A DNA stretch of 64,000 nt. Origin: Akkermansiaceae bacterium (GTDB taxonomy: Bacteria; Verrucomicrobiota; Verrucomicrobiia; Verrucomicrobiales; Akkermansiaceae). Location of the stretch: assembly GCA_051251915.1 (NCBI GenBank), contig JBPOGF010000002.1, positions 128,001-192,000 on the forward strand. The letters run 5' to 3'. Under the pieces are notes generated by a model. The model ran no database searches and was not told the DNA's origin. It saw nothing but the letters and a program-made list of their open reading frames with translations. This document shows, piece by piece, positions 10,593 through 20,600 of this stretch. The position numbers were made by a program, and so were the translations under genes. The first letter of the stretch is position 1. The number at the start of each line of letters is the position of its first letter.

Positions 10593-13502
10593 TTGATGAA
10601 AACTTTACTTATTGGATGGGACGCTGCCGATTGGCGCGCAATTACACCGCTCTTGGATGAGGGTAAGATGCCGAACCTTCAGCGTCTTATGAATGAGGGG
10701 GTATCTGGGAATATTACAACTCTCAATCCGATTCTTAGTCCGATGTTGTGGAGTAGTATTGCTACTGGTAAACGGCCTTATAAGCATGGGGTGCACGGTT
10801 TCTCTGAACCTGATCCTGTGAGCGGTGCGATTCGACCAGTGACGAATTTGAGCCGTAAGTGTAAGGCAATTTGGAATATTTTAAACCAGAGTGAGAAGGA
10901 TACGATTACTGTAGGTTGGTGGCCGTCTAATCCAGCGGAGCCTCTTTCTAGAGGTGTGATGGTTTCTAATGATTATCAGCGGACTAGCGTTAGTAAGCGT
11001 GAGGGCTGGTTGATGCCGAATGGGACGGTGCATCCGGAGCGGCTGGTTGAAAATTTAAAGGAGATCCGATTCCATCCAGAGGAGCTAAATTCTGCGGATT
11101 TTGCACATTTTATTCCTGCTATGAAGGATATGAGCGAGGAGGAGTTGCGGAAGTTAGAGAAGGATCCGAGGTTACAGTCACTCGGTAAGATTATTGCGGA
11201 TTGCACGAGTATTCATGCTGCTGCGACTGCGCTGATGCAGAATGAGCCTTGGGATCTGATGAGTGTCTATTATGATGCGATTGATCACTTTGGCCATGCG
11301 TTTATGAAGTATCATCCTCCGCAGCGTGCGAATATTGAAGACTGGGATTATAAGGTGTTTCATTATATAGTGGAGGCTGGGTATATTTACCATGATATGT
11401 TGTTAGGGACGTTGATGCAACTGGCTGGTGAGGGTACGAATATTATTCTTATTTCTGATCACGGGTTTCATCCGGATGCGCATCGCTTAGATTCGATTCC
11501 TAACGAGCCTGCTGGTCCTGCTGCTGAGCATAGGAGCTTGGGGGTTTTTATAGGGGCTGGGCCACAGTTTAAGGTGGGTGAGAAGATCTATGGAGCTAAT
11601 CTGTTAGATATTTGCCCTACGTTGTTACATTGTTTTGGGTTGCCAATTGGGAATGATATGGATGGTAAGGTGCTGATGAGCTTGTTTAAGGATAATACTG
11701 AGGTGAAGAGCATTTCTAGCTGGGAAGATGTGGCTGGTGATGATGGGATGCACTCGCCAGATCGGACGATTTCTCCAGAGGATTCTAAAGCGGCAATTGA
11801 TCAGTTGGTTGCTCTTGGATACATTGAGGAGCCGAATGCGGATAAATCTATGGCGTTAGAGCAGACTGTGCGAGAGCTGGATTATAATTTAGCGCAGGCT
11901 TATATGGATGGTGGCATTTTCAGTGAGGCGCTGATCATTTTAGAGCGGCTGTATGAGAAATGGCCGATGGAGTATCGCTTTGGGATTAAGCTCTCCTATT
12001 GTTATCTAGCATTTCACAGGTATAAAGATCAAAAGGATATCATTACGGGTGTAATTGCGTCTAGGGTGAAGGTTGCTGAAGAGGCATTTGCTGAACTTAA
12101 GCGATTGAAGCTCGATTCTGAGGAGGGGGCTAAGGCATACCGAGAAAGTGTGGATGCTATGGAGGATAAAGAGCAGAGAGCTCATGTTAAGAAGCACAAA
12201 GATCTGCTTAGTAATGCGAGACCAAATCTGTATGCTCTGCATTCTTTAGAGGCTACTGCTGACTTTGCTTCTGGTAATTATGCTGAGGCATTAGAGAAGT
12301 TAGAAACATTAAGTAAACATCATGGTGAGCGCTTGGATGGACTTATCTTGAAAGGAAATATTTTGGCTAGGATGCGCCGATTTGATAAAGCAGAGAGATT
12401 TTATAGGGAGGGTCTGGGACTGGATTCAGAGTCTGCTGCTTGTTTTAGTGGGTTGGGGAGAGTGGCGATGGCCAGGAAGGATTTTGAGTCAGCAGTTAGT
12501 TACTTACAACAGTCCCTGGAGATTTCGTTTTCTAATCCTAGGGGGCATTATATGTTAGGTGTGGCTCATCTGAGATTACACGATAATGATACTGCGGAGG
12601 CTTGTTTTAAGGTGAGTTTGAATCAGGCTCCGTTGAATCCAGCTGCTTGGAGAGGGCTGGTGCAGATAGCTCAGTATCACAGGAGGGATCCTCATCAGAC
12701 GGTATTTTTCAAGGAGCAGGTAAAGGAGTCTCGGAAGCGGTTGAAGCATATGGCTCATAAGAAGTATAGACAAGCTAATGCTGCGGCTACGAAGGACGAT
12801 GAGAGGCAGCCTATGCCTGAGCTTTCTTTTGATACGAGTAAGCTTGAGGGCGTGGGTGAGGAGAATATCATTACGATAGTGTCTGGGTTACCACGCTCCG
12901 GGACGTCTCTTATGATGCAAATGTTAGAGGCTGCTGGGGTTGGTGTATTTCAGGATGGGAAACGGAAGGCTGATGATTCTAATCAGAAGGGCTATTATGA
13001 GCATGAGAGTGTGATGCATCTGCTGACTGCTAAGCCGGTGGAGAAGGGATGGGTGGCTAAGTCTAAGGGGCAGGCTCTGAAGGTAGTAGCTCCGTTGTTG
13101 AGTTCGCTTCCTATTTATGATCAGTTTCAGAATATTAAGAAGGCGGGCTATATGGGTGCTGAGAAGGATGCTGTGAGGCTGAATTATCGTGTTGTCTTCA
13201 TGGAGCGACCGATGGAGCAGGTGCTGCTTTCTCAGAGTAGTATGCTGGTTAAGTTAGGTAAGGAGGCACCGAAGGGGGATCCTACGCAGGGTTATCGTCA
13301 ACAGGTGAGGGCGGCTAAGGCTTGGTTGTTAACAAGGAATATTCCAGCGATGAGTGTGGATTATCCTACGCTGGTGAAGTCTCCTGATTCATTACTTACG
13401 GAGTTGGTGGCATTTTTAGGGTGTCCTGAGAAGGTAGAAGAAATGCGTGAAGTTATAGATCCGAAGCTTCATAGGCAGAGAAGTCGTAGTTCAGCTTCAT
13501 GA
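10593..13502 (+). CDS. Fusion: alkaline-phosphatase/nucleotide-pyrophosphatase-fold domain + TPR repeats + PAPS-dependent sulfotransferase domain
   Basis: N-terminal LLIGWDAAD, ILSPMLWSSIATG, DAIDHFGH and ISDHGF. Central TPR-like helices (LAQAY..G...EA, LGRVA......E.A). C-terminal IVSGLPRSGTSLMMQML (5'-PSB loop) and VFMERPMEQVLLSQ (3'-PB). No signal peptide. Confidence 0.88.
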   Translation: MMKTLLIGWDAADWRAITPLLDEGKMPNLQRLMNEGVSGNITTLNPILSPMLWSSIATGKRPYKHGVHGFSEPDPVSGAIRPVTNLSRKCKAIWNILNQSEKDTITVGWWPSNPAEPLSRGVMVSNDYQRTSVSKREGWLMPNGTVHPERLVENLKEIRFHPEELNSADFAHFIPAMKDMSEEELRKLEKDPRLQSLGKIIADCTSIHAAATALMQNEPWDLMSVYYDAIDHFGHAFMKYHPPQRANIEDWDYKVFHYIVEAGYIYHDMLLGTLMQLAGEGTNIILISDHGFHPDAHRLDSIPNEPAGPAAEHRSLGVFIGAGPQFKVGEKIYGANLLDICPTLLHCFGLPIGNDMDGKVLMSLFKDNTEVKSISSWEDVAGDDGMHSPDRTISPEDSKAAIDQLVALGYIEEPNADKSMALEQTVRELDYNLAQAYMDGGIFSEALIILERLYEKWPMEYRFGIKLSYCYLAFHRYKDQKDIITGVIASRVKVAEEAFAELKRLKLDSEEGAKAYRESVDAMEDKEQRAHVKKHKDLLSNARPNLYALHSLEATADFASGNYAEALEKLETLSKHHGERLDGLILKGNILARMRRFDKAERFYREGLGLDSESAACFSGLGRVAMARKDFESAVSYLQQSLEISFSNPRGHYMLGVAHLRLHDNDTAEACFKVSLNQAPLNPAAWRGLVQIAQYHRRDPHQTVFFKEQVKESRKRLKHMAHKKYRQANAAATKDDERQPMPELSFDTSKLEGVGEENIITIVSGLPRSGTSLMMQMLEAAGVGVFQDGKRKADDSNQKGYYEHESVMHLLTAKPVEKGWVAKSKGQALKVVAPLLSSLPIYDQFQNIKKAGYMGAEKDAVRLNYRVVFMERPMEQVLLSQSSMLVKLGKEAPKGDPTQGYRQQVRAAKAWLLTRNIPAMSVDYPTLVKSPDSLLTELVAFLGCPEKVEEMREVIDPKLHRQRSRSSAS

Positions 13503-13643
13503 TGCTCTTATGTATGTGGATAGTTAGATATACTAGTTTTCATGAAGCCGAGCCTAGAAGAAAAATAACTTAATTTATTTAGAGCATATTATTATTCAGT
13601 ATTGACTTGATGATGATATCTATGAATATGTATAGCGAACATT

Positions 13644-14270
13644 ATGAAGTATAAAATAAATCGACCAGCACAGTGGATAGGGACAGGAGCAATAGTACTT
13701 ACTTCAGCTTCAGCGTCTAATGCGGCATTAATGAGAATAGGACTAGGAAATACTGATTTTACGCAGAGTCTTGATGGATCAAACCTATTTGCGGGGATAA
13801 GTGATGCTGGTCAATGGGGGTCTGGTTCAAATACATCACAGTTCGCCAATGTGGTTTTCGAGCAAGCGGGAAATAGAGCGTTTGTGTTAAGCAATAATGT
13901 GAGTGCTACATCTGGTGGAAGTTTTTATATACAATTGGGTACTTCAACGAGTGGTTTCGCGACTAGTTCTTTTCTGACTCCAGGGGTGGCTGTAGGGCTC
14001 ATTGCTTGGGATTTATCTGACGGGACGCGAGGTTTTCTCCGTGTGCAAAGTGATGGAACAGATTTGGTTGCTACTCATTTTGTTTTTGATGATGAATTTA
14101 GTGATGCACGTCCAGAATTGAGTGTTGGTGGAAATGGGACTCAATTTGATGGCGCTACAGAGTTTACTGGCTCACTAGTTCCTGAGCCTTCATCGGTGGC
14201 TCTTCTTGCCCTCGGCGCGGCTGGCGTGATGGCTAGGCGTAGACGCGAGAGCAGTGAGAGGGTGGCTTGA
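13644..14270 (+). CDS. PEP-CTERM sorting-domain surface protein
   Basis: Leader ending ASNA-A, Ser/Gly/Phe-rich body, and VPEPSS + TM helix + RRRR. Confidence 0.92.
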   Translation: MKYKINRPAQWIGTGAIVLTSASASNAALMRIGLGNTDFTQSLDGSNLFAGISDAGQWGSGSNTSQFANVVFEQAGNRAFVLSNNVSATSGGSFYIQLGTSTSGFATSSFLTPGVAVGLIAWDLSDGTRGFLRVQSDGTDLVATHFVFDDEFSDARPELSVGGNGTQFDGATEFTGSLVPEPSSVALLALGAAGVMARRRRESSERVA

Positions 14271-14390
14271 TCCTGCTGAATCTTAGAGGAGTTAATGATT
14301 TATAGTCCTCTTATTTATTACTAAGCTTACGGCTAGGTTTTCTTGGCTGTGGCCTGATATATTGTTTCCTTGTTGTTGCTTACCGGGAAG

Positions 14391-14535
14391 TCGTATGAGG
14401 CTTAAGATGCCCTACAGCCTGAAAGTAGCTAAAACCAAACGTCCCGAAGCCCCACACGGCCAGCACATCTCATGGGGGCACATTGATGTATTACGGAATA
14501 CCGCGCGACTTGCATTCTCCAAAGGCAAAGTAGAG
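14391..14535 (+). repeat. Direct repeat copy 2 (frameshifted fragment of the lyase 3' end)
   Basis: About 92% identical to 10307-10450 and translates to MPYSLKVAKTKRPEAPHGQHISWG before a +1 insertion. Confidence 0.95.
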
Positions 14536-14588
14536 CGTCTCTTCAACCCTTTGCTTTCTTTAATACTTTTACGATCATTTTCTCTAAT

Positions 14589-17231
14589 TTGATAGTGCTT
14601 TGGAAATTGATTTTACAGAATGAGCTTATTTTTGTAGTTTCTGGGATGCGTAATCGTATTTTTAAAATCCCCCAGTTAACTATGAGCTTGGTCTTTGTGG
14701 GCGCTGGGCTCATTCAGGCGGATCCAGGTGATAAAGTTTATCAGCAGGGTTATTTTTCAAAAGAAGACTCTCTTAAATCGATAGAACTCCAGGATGGGTA
14801 TAGTCTACAGCTTGTGTTGAGTGATCCACAGGTAGAGGAGCCAGTGATGGTGACTTGGGATGGAAATGGCGCAATGTATGTGGTGCAGATGAATACTTAC
14901 ATGCAAACCCTTAGTGCCAAGGGCGAGAAAGATGCTAAAAGTAGAATCACCCGACATGTGGACACGAATGGTGACGGGGTGTATGATCAGTTCAGTATTT
15001 ATGCTGATAACCTTGTCCTACCAAGATTTGTGCTTCCGCTAGATGATCGTGTGATTGTAGGAATCACTGATACACTTGATTTATGGACTTACAGGGATAT
15101 CGATAATGACGGAGTTGCTGACGAGAAAATAAAGATTTACGAAGGTGGCAGACGTGGAGGAAACATGGAGCACCAACCGAGTGGACTGATCTGGGGTTTA
15201 GATAACTGGATGTATCTGACTTACGAAAATATTCGTTATCGATTTACTGAGGGCAAAATGGAGACTCAAAAACTGCCTCGCGGAAGTGGGCAGTGGGGCA
15301 TAGCTCAGGATGACTGGGGACGTTTATATTTCTCAGATGCCGGTGGTGAAAAGCCTGCGATCGACTATCAGCAACCATTCGTATACGGTTCACTGAGGCT
15401 CAAAGGAGAGCAAGAAAAGGACTTTGGAACCGTGTATCCTATCTCCCAAATTCCTGATGTGCAGGGTGGCCCAAAAAGAGTGGGTAAAAATGGAGGATTG
15501 AATCATTTCACTGGTGGTGGAGGTCAGTCTATCTACAGAGGTGATCGCTTACCTAAGGACTTGTATGGTGATCTCATTTTGAATGAGCCGGTGGGCAGAT
15601 TGGTGCGTCGTGCCAAGATATCACGCGAAGATGGAATGAGTGTTTTGAGTAATGCTTATCCAGGATCTGAGTTCATGCGCTCACGTGATGTAAATTTCCG
15701 CCCAATATGGTCTGCGACTACCCCTAGAGGGCAGATGATGTTCGTAGATATGCATCACGGGATTATACAACAGGCGAATTGGACTAAGAAAGGGAGTTAT
15801 TTGAGAGGAGTCATTGAGAAATGGGGACTTCAAAATAATATAGGCAAAGGAAGAGTGTATAGACTTGTGCATAAGGACTTCAAAGCTGGACCTCAACCTA
15901 AGATGCTAGATGAAACCACGAAAGAACTAGTGGCTCATTTAGATCATCCTAATGGCTGGTGGAGAGACATGGCTCAGAGACTGATCATTCTTAGAGAAGA
16001 TCGAGATTCAGTGATTCCTGATTTGGAGAAAATGGCTCGTGAAAACCCTTCTGAATATGGGCGTCTACACGCACTATGGACACTTGAAGGTATGGGAGCA
16101 GTGAAGGCCTCGGTCGTTGTTAATGCTCTGAGAGACAGATCATCAATGGTCAGAACTTCTGCGATTCGAGTTGCTGAGCCATTCTTGGCGGAAGGAAATT
16201 CAGAATTAGTAACGCTTCTTAAAAAGCCGTTTCCTAAGGACATTGAGATGGTGTTACAGATGTTGAATTCTCTTGCCGCTAGTGGTGCTAAAGATCCGGT
16301 GTTAGTAAAGCTGGGGGAGAAGTTAGAAAATGATTACAGGAAATCACCTGTAGTGAGCGAGCTGATCAAAGCGCGTGATGTGCTTGCTGCAGAAGTAGCC
16401 AGAGCCGCGCACCAAAAGGAGAAGGGAGCGAAGTTCTCAAAATCTATGGAGCATGGTAAAACTATTTACCAACAGCTTTGCTTTTCATGTCATGGAGAGA
16501 ATGGTGAAGGTGCAGAGATGCAGGGAGCTGATGGTCAGCGTTTGGCTCCTCCGTTCAAAAAATCTGAGCGAGTTTTGGGGTCTGGTCAGTCAGGTATCCG
16601 CGTGCTTCTGCATGGTCTAGAAGGACCAATTGAAGGAGAGAAATACATTGGGAACATGGTAGCTATGGCGAACAATGATGACCAATGGGTTGCCGACGTT
16701 TTAACTTATATTAGAAATAGTTTTGGAAATGATGCTCCTATGATTGACCCAGCTACTGTGGCTAAACTTCGTAAAAAGCACGCGAGTAAAAAAACTCCAT
16801 GGACTGTTGAGACTTTGAAAGAAGCTGAACCTCAAAAGCTGACTTACGATAGAAAGTGGAAGCTTAGCGCAAGTCACAATGAAAGTTCTCTGAAGAACGC
16901 ATTTGACGGTGATTCTGGTAGTAAGTATTCCACGGATGCCAGAATGGTTGATGGCATGTGGGTTCAGGTTGAACTTCCTGAGTTAACTGAAATCAGCTCT
17001 ATTATTTTAGATAGCAGAGAACTGAAGGATGACTATCCGAGCTCATACATTTTAGAAGTTTCTAAAGATGGTAAAAACTGGGGTAAACCGCTAGCCGCTG
17101 GTGAGGGTAAGAGCTACCTCCAAATGACTTTTGCTCCTGTAGAAGCCAAATACATCCGAATCACTCAGAACGGTAAGAAACGTTATTTCTGGGCTATCGG
17201 TGAAATGGAGATCCTTGCAGAAAGTGATTAG
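14589..17231 (+). CDS. PVC-type secreted protein: beta-propeller dehydrogenase-like domain + HEAT repeats + cytochrome c + F5/8 type C (CBM32-like) domain (start probably 14646 or 14682)
   Basis: Motifs EPVMVTWDGNG.MYVV.M, DTNGDG, GLIWGLDNW.Y, GQWGIAQDDWGR and L.HPNGWWRD.AQRL; haem-c CFSCH; discoidin-like W.QVEL...S.DGKNW...KYIRITQ. Confidence 0.85.
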   Translation: MIVLWKLILQNELIFVVSGMRNRIFKIPQLTMSLVFVGAGLIQADPGDKVYQQGYFSKEDSLKSIELQDGYSLQLVLSDPQVEEPVMVTWDGNGAMYVVQMNTYMQTLSAKGEKDAKSRITRHVDTNGDGVYDQFSIYADNLVLPRFVLPLDDRVIVGITDTLDLWTYRDIDNDGVADEKIKIYEGGRRGGNMEHQPSGLIWGLDNWMYLTYENIRYRFTEGKMETQKLPRGSGQWGIAQDDWGRLYFSDAGGEKPAIDYQQPFVYGSLRLKGEQEKDFGTVYPISQIPDVQGGPKRVGKNGGLNHFTGGGGQSIYRGDRLPKDLYGDLILNEPVGRLVRRAKISREDGMSVLSNAYPGSEFMRSRDVNFRPIWSATTPRGQMMFVDMHHGIIQQANWTKKGSYLRGVIEKWGLQNNIGKGRVYRLVHKDFKAGPQPKMLDETTKELVAHLDHPNGWWRDMAQRLIILREDRDSVIPDLEKMARENPSEYGRLHALWTLEGMGAVKASVVVNALRDRSSMVRTSAIRVAEPFLAEGNSELVTLLKKPFPKDIEMVLQMLNSLAASGAKDPVLVKLGEKLENDYRKSPVVSELIKARDVLAAEVARAAHQKEKGAKFSKSMEHGKTIYQQLCFSCHGENGEGAEMQGADGQRLAPPFKKSERVLGSGQSGIRVLLHGLEGPIEGEKYIGNMVAMANNDDQWVADVLTYIRNSFGNDAPMIDPATVAKLRKKHASKKTPWTVETLKEAEPQKLTYDRKWKLSASHNESSLKNAFDGDSGSKYSTDARMVDGMWVQVELPELTEISSIILDSRELKDDYPSSYILEVSKDGKNWGKPLAAGEGKSYLQMTFAPVEAKYIRITQNGKKRYFWAIGEMEILAESD

Positions 17232-17257
17232 TTAGACTTCCGTTAAAGAATCATTAC

Positions 17258-17293
17258 AAAGCCATTTACATTGTTGAATGTAGATGGCTTTTT
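17258..17293. terminator. Intrinsic terminator
   Basis: AAAGCCATTTACATT-gttg-AATGTAGATGGCTTTTT between convergent genes. Confidence 0.8.
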
Positions 17294-17409
17294 GCTTTTT
17301 CGATCTCGTACTACCTTGGGAGAATGGCTAATGATAGAAAGGGGTTCATTTCTTTCCCGCTCTCCCAAATCTCCTTCACGGATAAATTTCTGACAAAGTT
17401 AGGTATTGG

Positions 17410-19266
17410 CTACCAATCGCTCAAGGATTTCATCTCTACCTTTTCCACTGCTCCCCCCTCTTCCCAGACCGGAGATAGAAGGACAGTGACTGTGGTTTTT
17501 CCTTGAGTTTCTGGAAGGCGGATAACAAGCCGACTCACCCCTTTGTTCCTTTTTTGCGGAGGCTGTTGCTCTGCTGACTCTACCTCAAACTGGGCTCCTG
17601 CCGGACTCAATATTTTAGCGATGAGTTGTTTGCCCTTCAAGCTCAGCCGTGCTGTATCGGCTTTCTCAAGGACTATGGTCGCATCAGTCGTCATCCCCCA
17701 GAGCAGCTCGCTTGGGCGGAGGATATCGATTTCGTCCTGCACCACGACGGCACGTCTTCCCTCCACGAGGGCCACGCCACGATGGGCTTTCGATGTATCG
17801 GCGGCATAGGCCTGGCTCAGGTCGATCTCGGCGAAAGGAAACTCTTTGCTGGATTTAAATCGTGTCAGCTTGGCGACGGCATTTGCATGCTGGTTCTTGT
17901 TGTCGAGCATGGGGACATTGTGGCTGGCGGAACCGAGCCGGTAATAGGTCCAGCGAGTACCTCCCTCTTGGTAACTCCAGTAGTGAGGAAGATTGTAGTT
18001 ATCGGAGCCAAGGTCTCTTGCCCAGCGGACGCCGAGGGCATCTAACTCAAAATTGCCCAGGTCAAGGTGTCCATGATGAGCTTGGTTGTAGCCCGCTTTG
18101 ACGCCTACGAAAAGAGCGTTTGGATCATCCCAAGCACTGCGGAAGAGAGAGGTCTCTACTTGGCCTTTCAGAAGGCGGTCGAGCGACTTGTCTGCGGGCT
18201 TTTTCCCCGATGGAGGCGTGTACCAAACTACATGGAGCGGGCTGTAGTTCTTATCCTTGATCAAGCGGTGTTCAGCATCGGCGAAGTCCGGGTTGTCGTA
18301 GGTCCGAGAAAGCCAGAAATGGCAAGGTGCCGATCTGTGTTTTTTGAAATCTCCAGCGTCAGCATAACTGAAATAAAGTCCGGTAGGGCCGGTCGAGTAG
18401 AGGGGCACGTAGCCGGTGGTGGCTAAGCCAGCTGACTTCGAGAGACCAAAATCCGTGCCGAGGGCCGTCTCCAGTGCGGTGAGGGCGAAAGCGGTGTACT
18501 CCGTAGCATATTTCCAATAGCCAATCCCTTCCGCCCAGACGCCGTCAGGTGCGTAGGAGCCGAGGGCTGTGGGCAGGTTTTCCAAGGCTCGGTCGATAAG
18601 ATACTCTGCTGTGTCGGGGTGGGACTCAGCGACCGCCAAGGCGCCGATGAGGAGGCCGCCGTTGCATACTTGGTTCCAGTTATAGGCGTAGGTAAAATGG
18701 TGGTAGCCTTCCTTGTAGCGTTCGATTCCGGGCTTGAGTCCCTTCGTGACGAGCGCCTCACGAATGGTAGTGCGAGATTTCGGCTCTAGGTAATGATAGA
18801 TCCAATCGTAGCCTAGCCCCACGGCATGACTCATTTCAGCAGTATCTAGGAAATGGCTGGGGTTCCAGTCGGGGAAATCACACACGGCAAGGAGGTTTTC
18901 CTCGATCTTCTTGGCATATTTAACGTCGCCCGTCCATCGCCAAGCGACCCCCAGCTCGTAGATGCGTTCCAGGCAGTCCTTGCTTACGTGGAGCAGCCTT
19001 GGACCACGCTTGGTGTAGGTCAGTAAGGGGGCGTCTAGGTAAGCATCAGCCTTGCGGATGACTCCGCGGATTATACCCTGCAGCACGACGTCGCTCTTGG
19101 CACGATTCTTCAGGTTTTGAAGTTCCGCCTCTTTCAGCATGAGGCGAGGATGCTCCGCCTCTAAGGTGCTCAGGATCGGGGTTGAGTCATTGTCAGGGCT
19201 GGCATGGCTGATCCCTGTTAAGAGAATGGCGATCGCTAACGAGAGAAAGGTGAGAATGTGTTTCAT
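17410..19266 (-). CDS. Secreted heparinase II/III-family polysaccharide-lyase-like protein
   Basis: Signal peptide; motifs HPRL, WNPSHFLDTAEM, NWNQVCNGG, EG.GYW.Y, HGHLDLGNF.LDALGVRWA.DLG and SHN. Confidence 0.85.
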   Translation of the reverse strand: MKHILTFLSLAIAILLTGISHASPDNDSTPILSTLEAEHPRLMLKEAELQNLKNRAKSDVVLQGIIRGVIRKADAYLDAPLLTYTKRGPRLLHVSKDCLERIYELGVAWRWTGDVKYAKKIEENLLAVCDFPDWNPSHFLDTAEMSHAVGLGYDWIYHYLEPKSRTTIREALVTKGLKPGIERYKEGYHHFTYAYNWNQVCNGGLLIGALAVAESHPDTAEYLIDRALENLPTALGSYAPDGVWAEGIGYWKYATEYTAFALTALETALGTDFGLSKSAGLATTGYVPLYSTGPTGLYFSYADAGDFKKHRSAPCHFWLSRTYDNPDFADAEHRLIKDKNYSPLHVVWYTPPSGKKPADKSLDRLLKGQVETSLFRSAWDDPNALFVGVKAGYNQAHHGHLDLGNFELDALGVRWARDLGSDNYNLPHYWSYQEGGTRWTYYRLGSASHNVPMLDNKNQHANAVAKLTRFKSSKEFPFAEIDLSQAYAADTSKAHRGVALVEGRRAVVVQDEIDILRPSELLWGMTTDATIVLEKADTARLSLKGKQLIAKILSPAGAQFEVESAEQQPPQKRNKGVSRLVIRLPETQGKTTVTVLLSPVWEEGGAVEKVEMKSLSDW

Positions 19267-19460
19267 GGTTTTCTAGAGTATATGATAAACCACTAATACG
19301 GAGTTAGAATGTTATTTTATTCAAGTTTATGGAACCAGGCAGAATTATGATACTCCTGACACATATACCACTCATTCCTGCTGTGGCTTTGATGATAGAA
19401 TGGTTATCTTTTACTGCCTGAGTATTTAGCGATCAATCGATTCTCACTATTCAACTGGAA

Positions 19461-20003
19461 TTAGAGGTTGAATTCTATTTTAATGTTCTGTTTTTTAAGG
19501 TGTTCGATATGATCGTTGATTTTAAACTCTGAATCTTTAAAGCTAGATAATCTCTGTCTGGATTGTTCCTGCCTCGCTATACTTCTGGCAAAGCGTCTGA
19601 TGGATTCCTCCGTATCTAAGATTAAACCTGGGATCTTGGCATTTTTGCCATTTTCATCCTTAGCAACCATGGTGAAGTAAGAGGAGTTGCAATGCTTTAT
19701 TTTGCCAGTTTGGATGTTTTCTGATTCTACACGGAGGCCTATCACCATGGATGTCCTGCCTGTGTAGTTCACAGATGCTTTAAGGGTGAGTAATTCACCT
19801 ACTTCAACAGGGCATAAGAAATCTACTCTATTCACTGAGGCTGTGATGCAATAATTTCCAGAATGTTTTGAAGCGCAAGCAAAGGCAATCTGATCCATTA
19901 AGTTGAGGATATGACCACCGTGAATTTTACCACTAAAATTCGAGTGTGATGGTAGCATGAGCTGGGTGATTGATACTTGTGATTCTCTGGCGTGTTTAAA
20001 CAT
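19461..20003 (-). CDS. Hotdog-fold acyl-CoA thioesterase
   Basis: Motifs LMLPSHSNFSGKIHGG, MDQIAFACA, VDFL.PV.VGELL, VNYTGRTSM.IG and SYFTMVA. Confidence 0.9.
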   Translation of the reverse strand: MFKHARESQVSITQLMLPSHSNFSGKIHGGHILNLMDQIAFACASKHSGNYCITASVNRVDFLCPVEVGELLTLKASVNYTGRTSMVIGLRVESENIQTGKIKHCNSSYFTMVAKDENGKNAKIPGLILDTEESIRRFARSIARQEQSRQRLSSFKDSEFKINDHIEHLKKQNIKIEFNL

Positions 20004-20180
20004 GTTTCTTCTATATGATCGTTTTAGCTTGATGAGCAGTGCTTATCTTTAAAGTATAAGGCGTGGTATATGAACAGTTTTAGTGGATGGAGTCGATCAC
20101 TTTGCTTTAAAATTGGTGTAATTATAAATTATAGACTGTTCTTATTACAAGTTTCTGGAAATCGCTAATAGGGTTCCAGG

Positions 20181-20441
20181 CTATGTTCCGCCAAGAGTGT
20201 CTCTGAAATCGTTTAGCGATGAACTAAGATGAATCAATTCCTCTTTGATCTCGGAAAGCAGTTTTAGGGCACCTGCTACATCACCTGCACGTGCAAGGCT
20301 ACCGAGTTCACGAATTAGTGCAAAAGCCCTTTGCGCATGGTCGTTCCCTAGTAGACCTTTGAGGCTGTGGGCTACGCGATGCACCTTCTCCGTATTATTT
20401 TCTGAAAAGGCGGAATCCAGATCTGCGAGCAACTGTTCCAC
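20181..20441 (-). pseudogene. Isolated Hpt (histidine phosphotransfer) domain, probably the 3' remnant of a hybrid kinase
   Basis: 'VHRVAHSLKG' Hpt motif in a helical 86-aa ORF with a GTG start. No upstream kinase or receiver ORF. Confidence 0.55.
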
Positions 20442-20515
20442 TTCCTCATGTCAAGGTTTGTCCACCCTTCGTTCGTCCGTGTTGTTCTTTGGTGGCTTAT
20501 AGGGAAGGCTTAGGT

Positions 20516-20600
20516 TTTGATCTGTGGTGCTTCACCACGAATAACACTGATTTCCTCGAATTGGTGGACGATGGAACTTGGGTAGTGTGCTTGGGTTGAT
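20516..20600 (+). repeat. Mosaic intergenic repeat (copy similar to 38533-38600; short piece at 3541-3556)
   Basis: Pattern TTTGAyCTGyGGTGCT..ACCACGAAT..CACTGATTT.C.CGAAT.GGTGG.CGATGGA.CTTGGGT. Confidence 0.8.

Noticed and set aside
14362..14592. 76-aa ORF
   Set aside because: It is the frameshifted duplicate of the lyase 3' end with a TTG start, not an independent gene.
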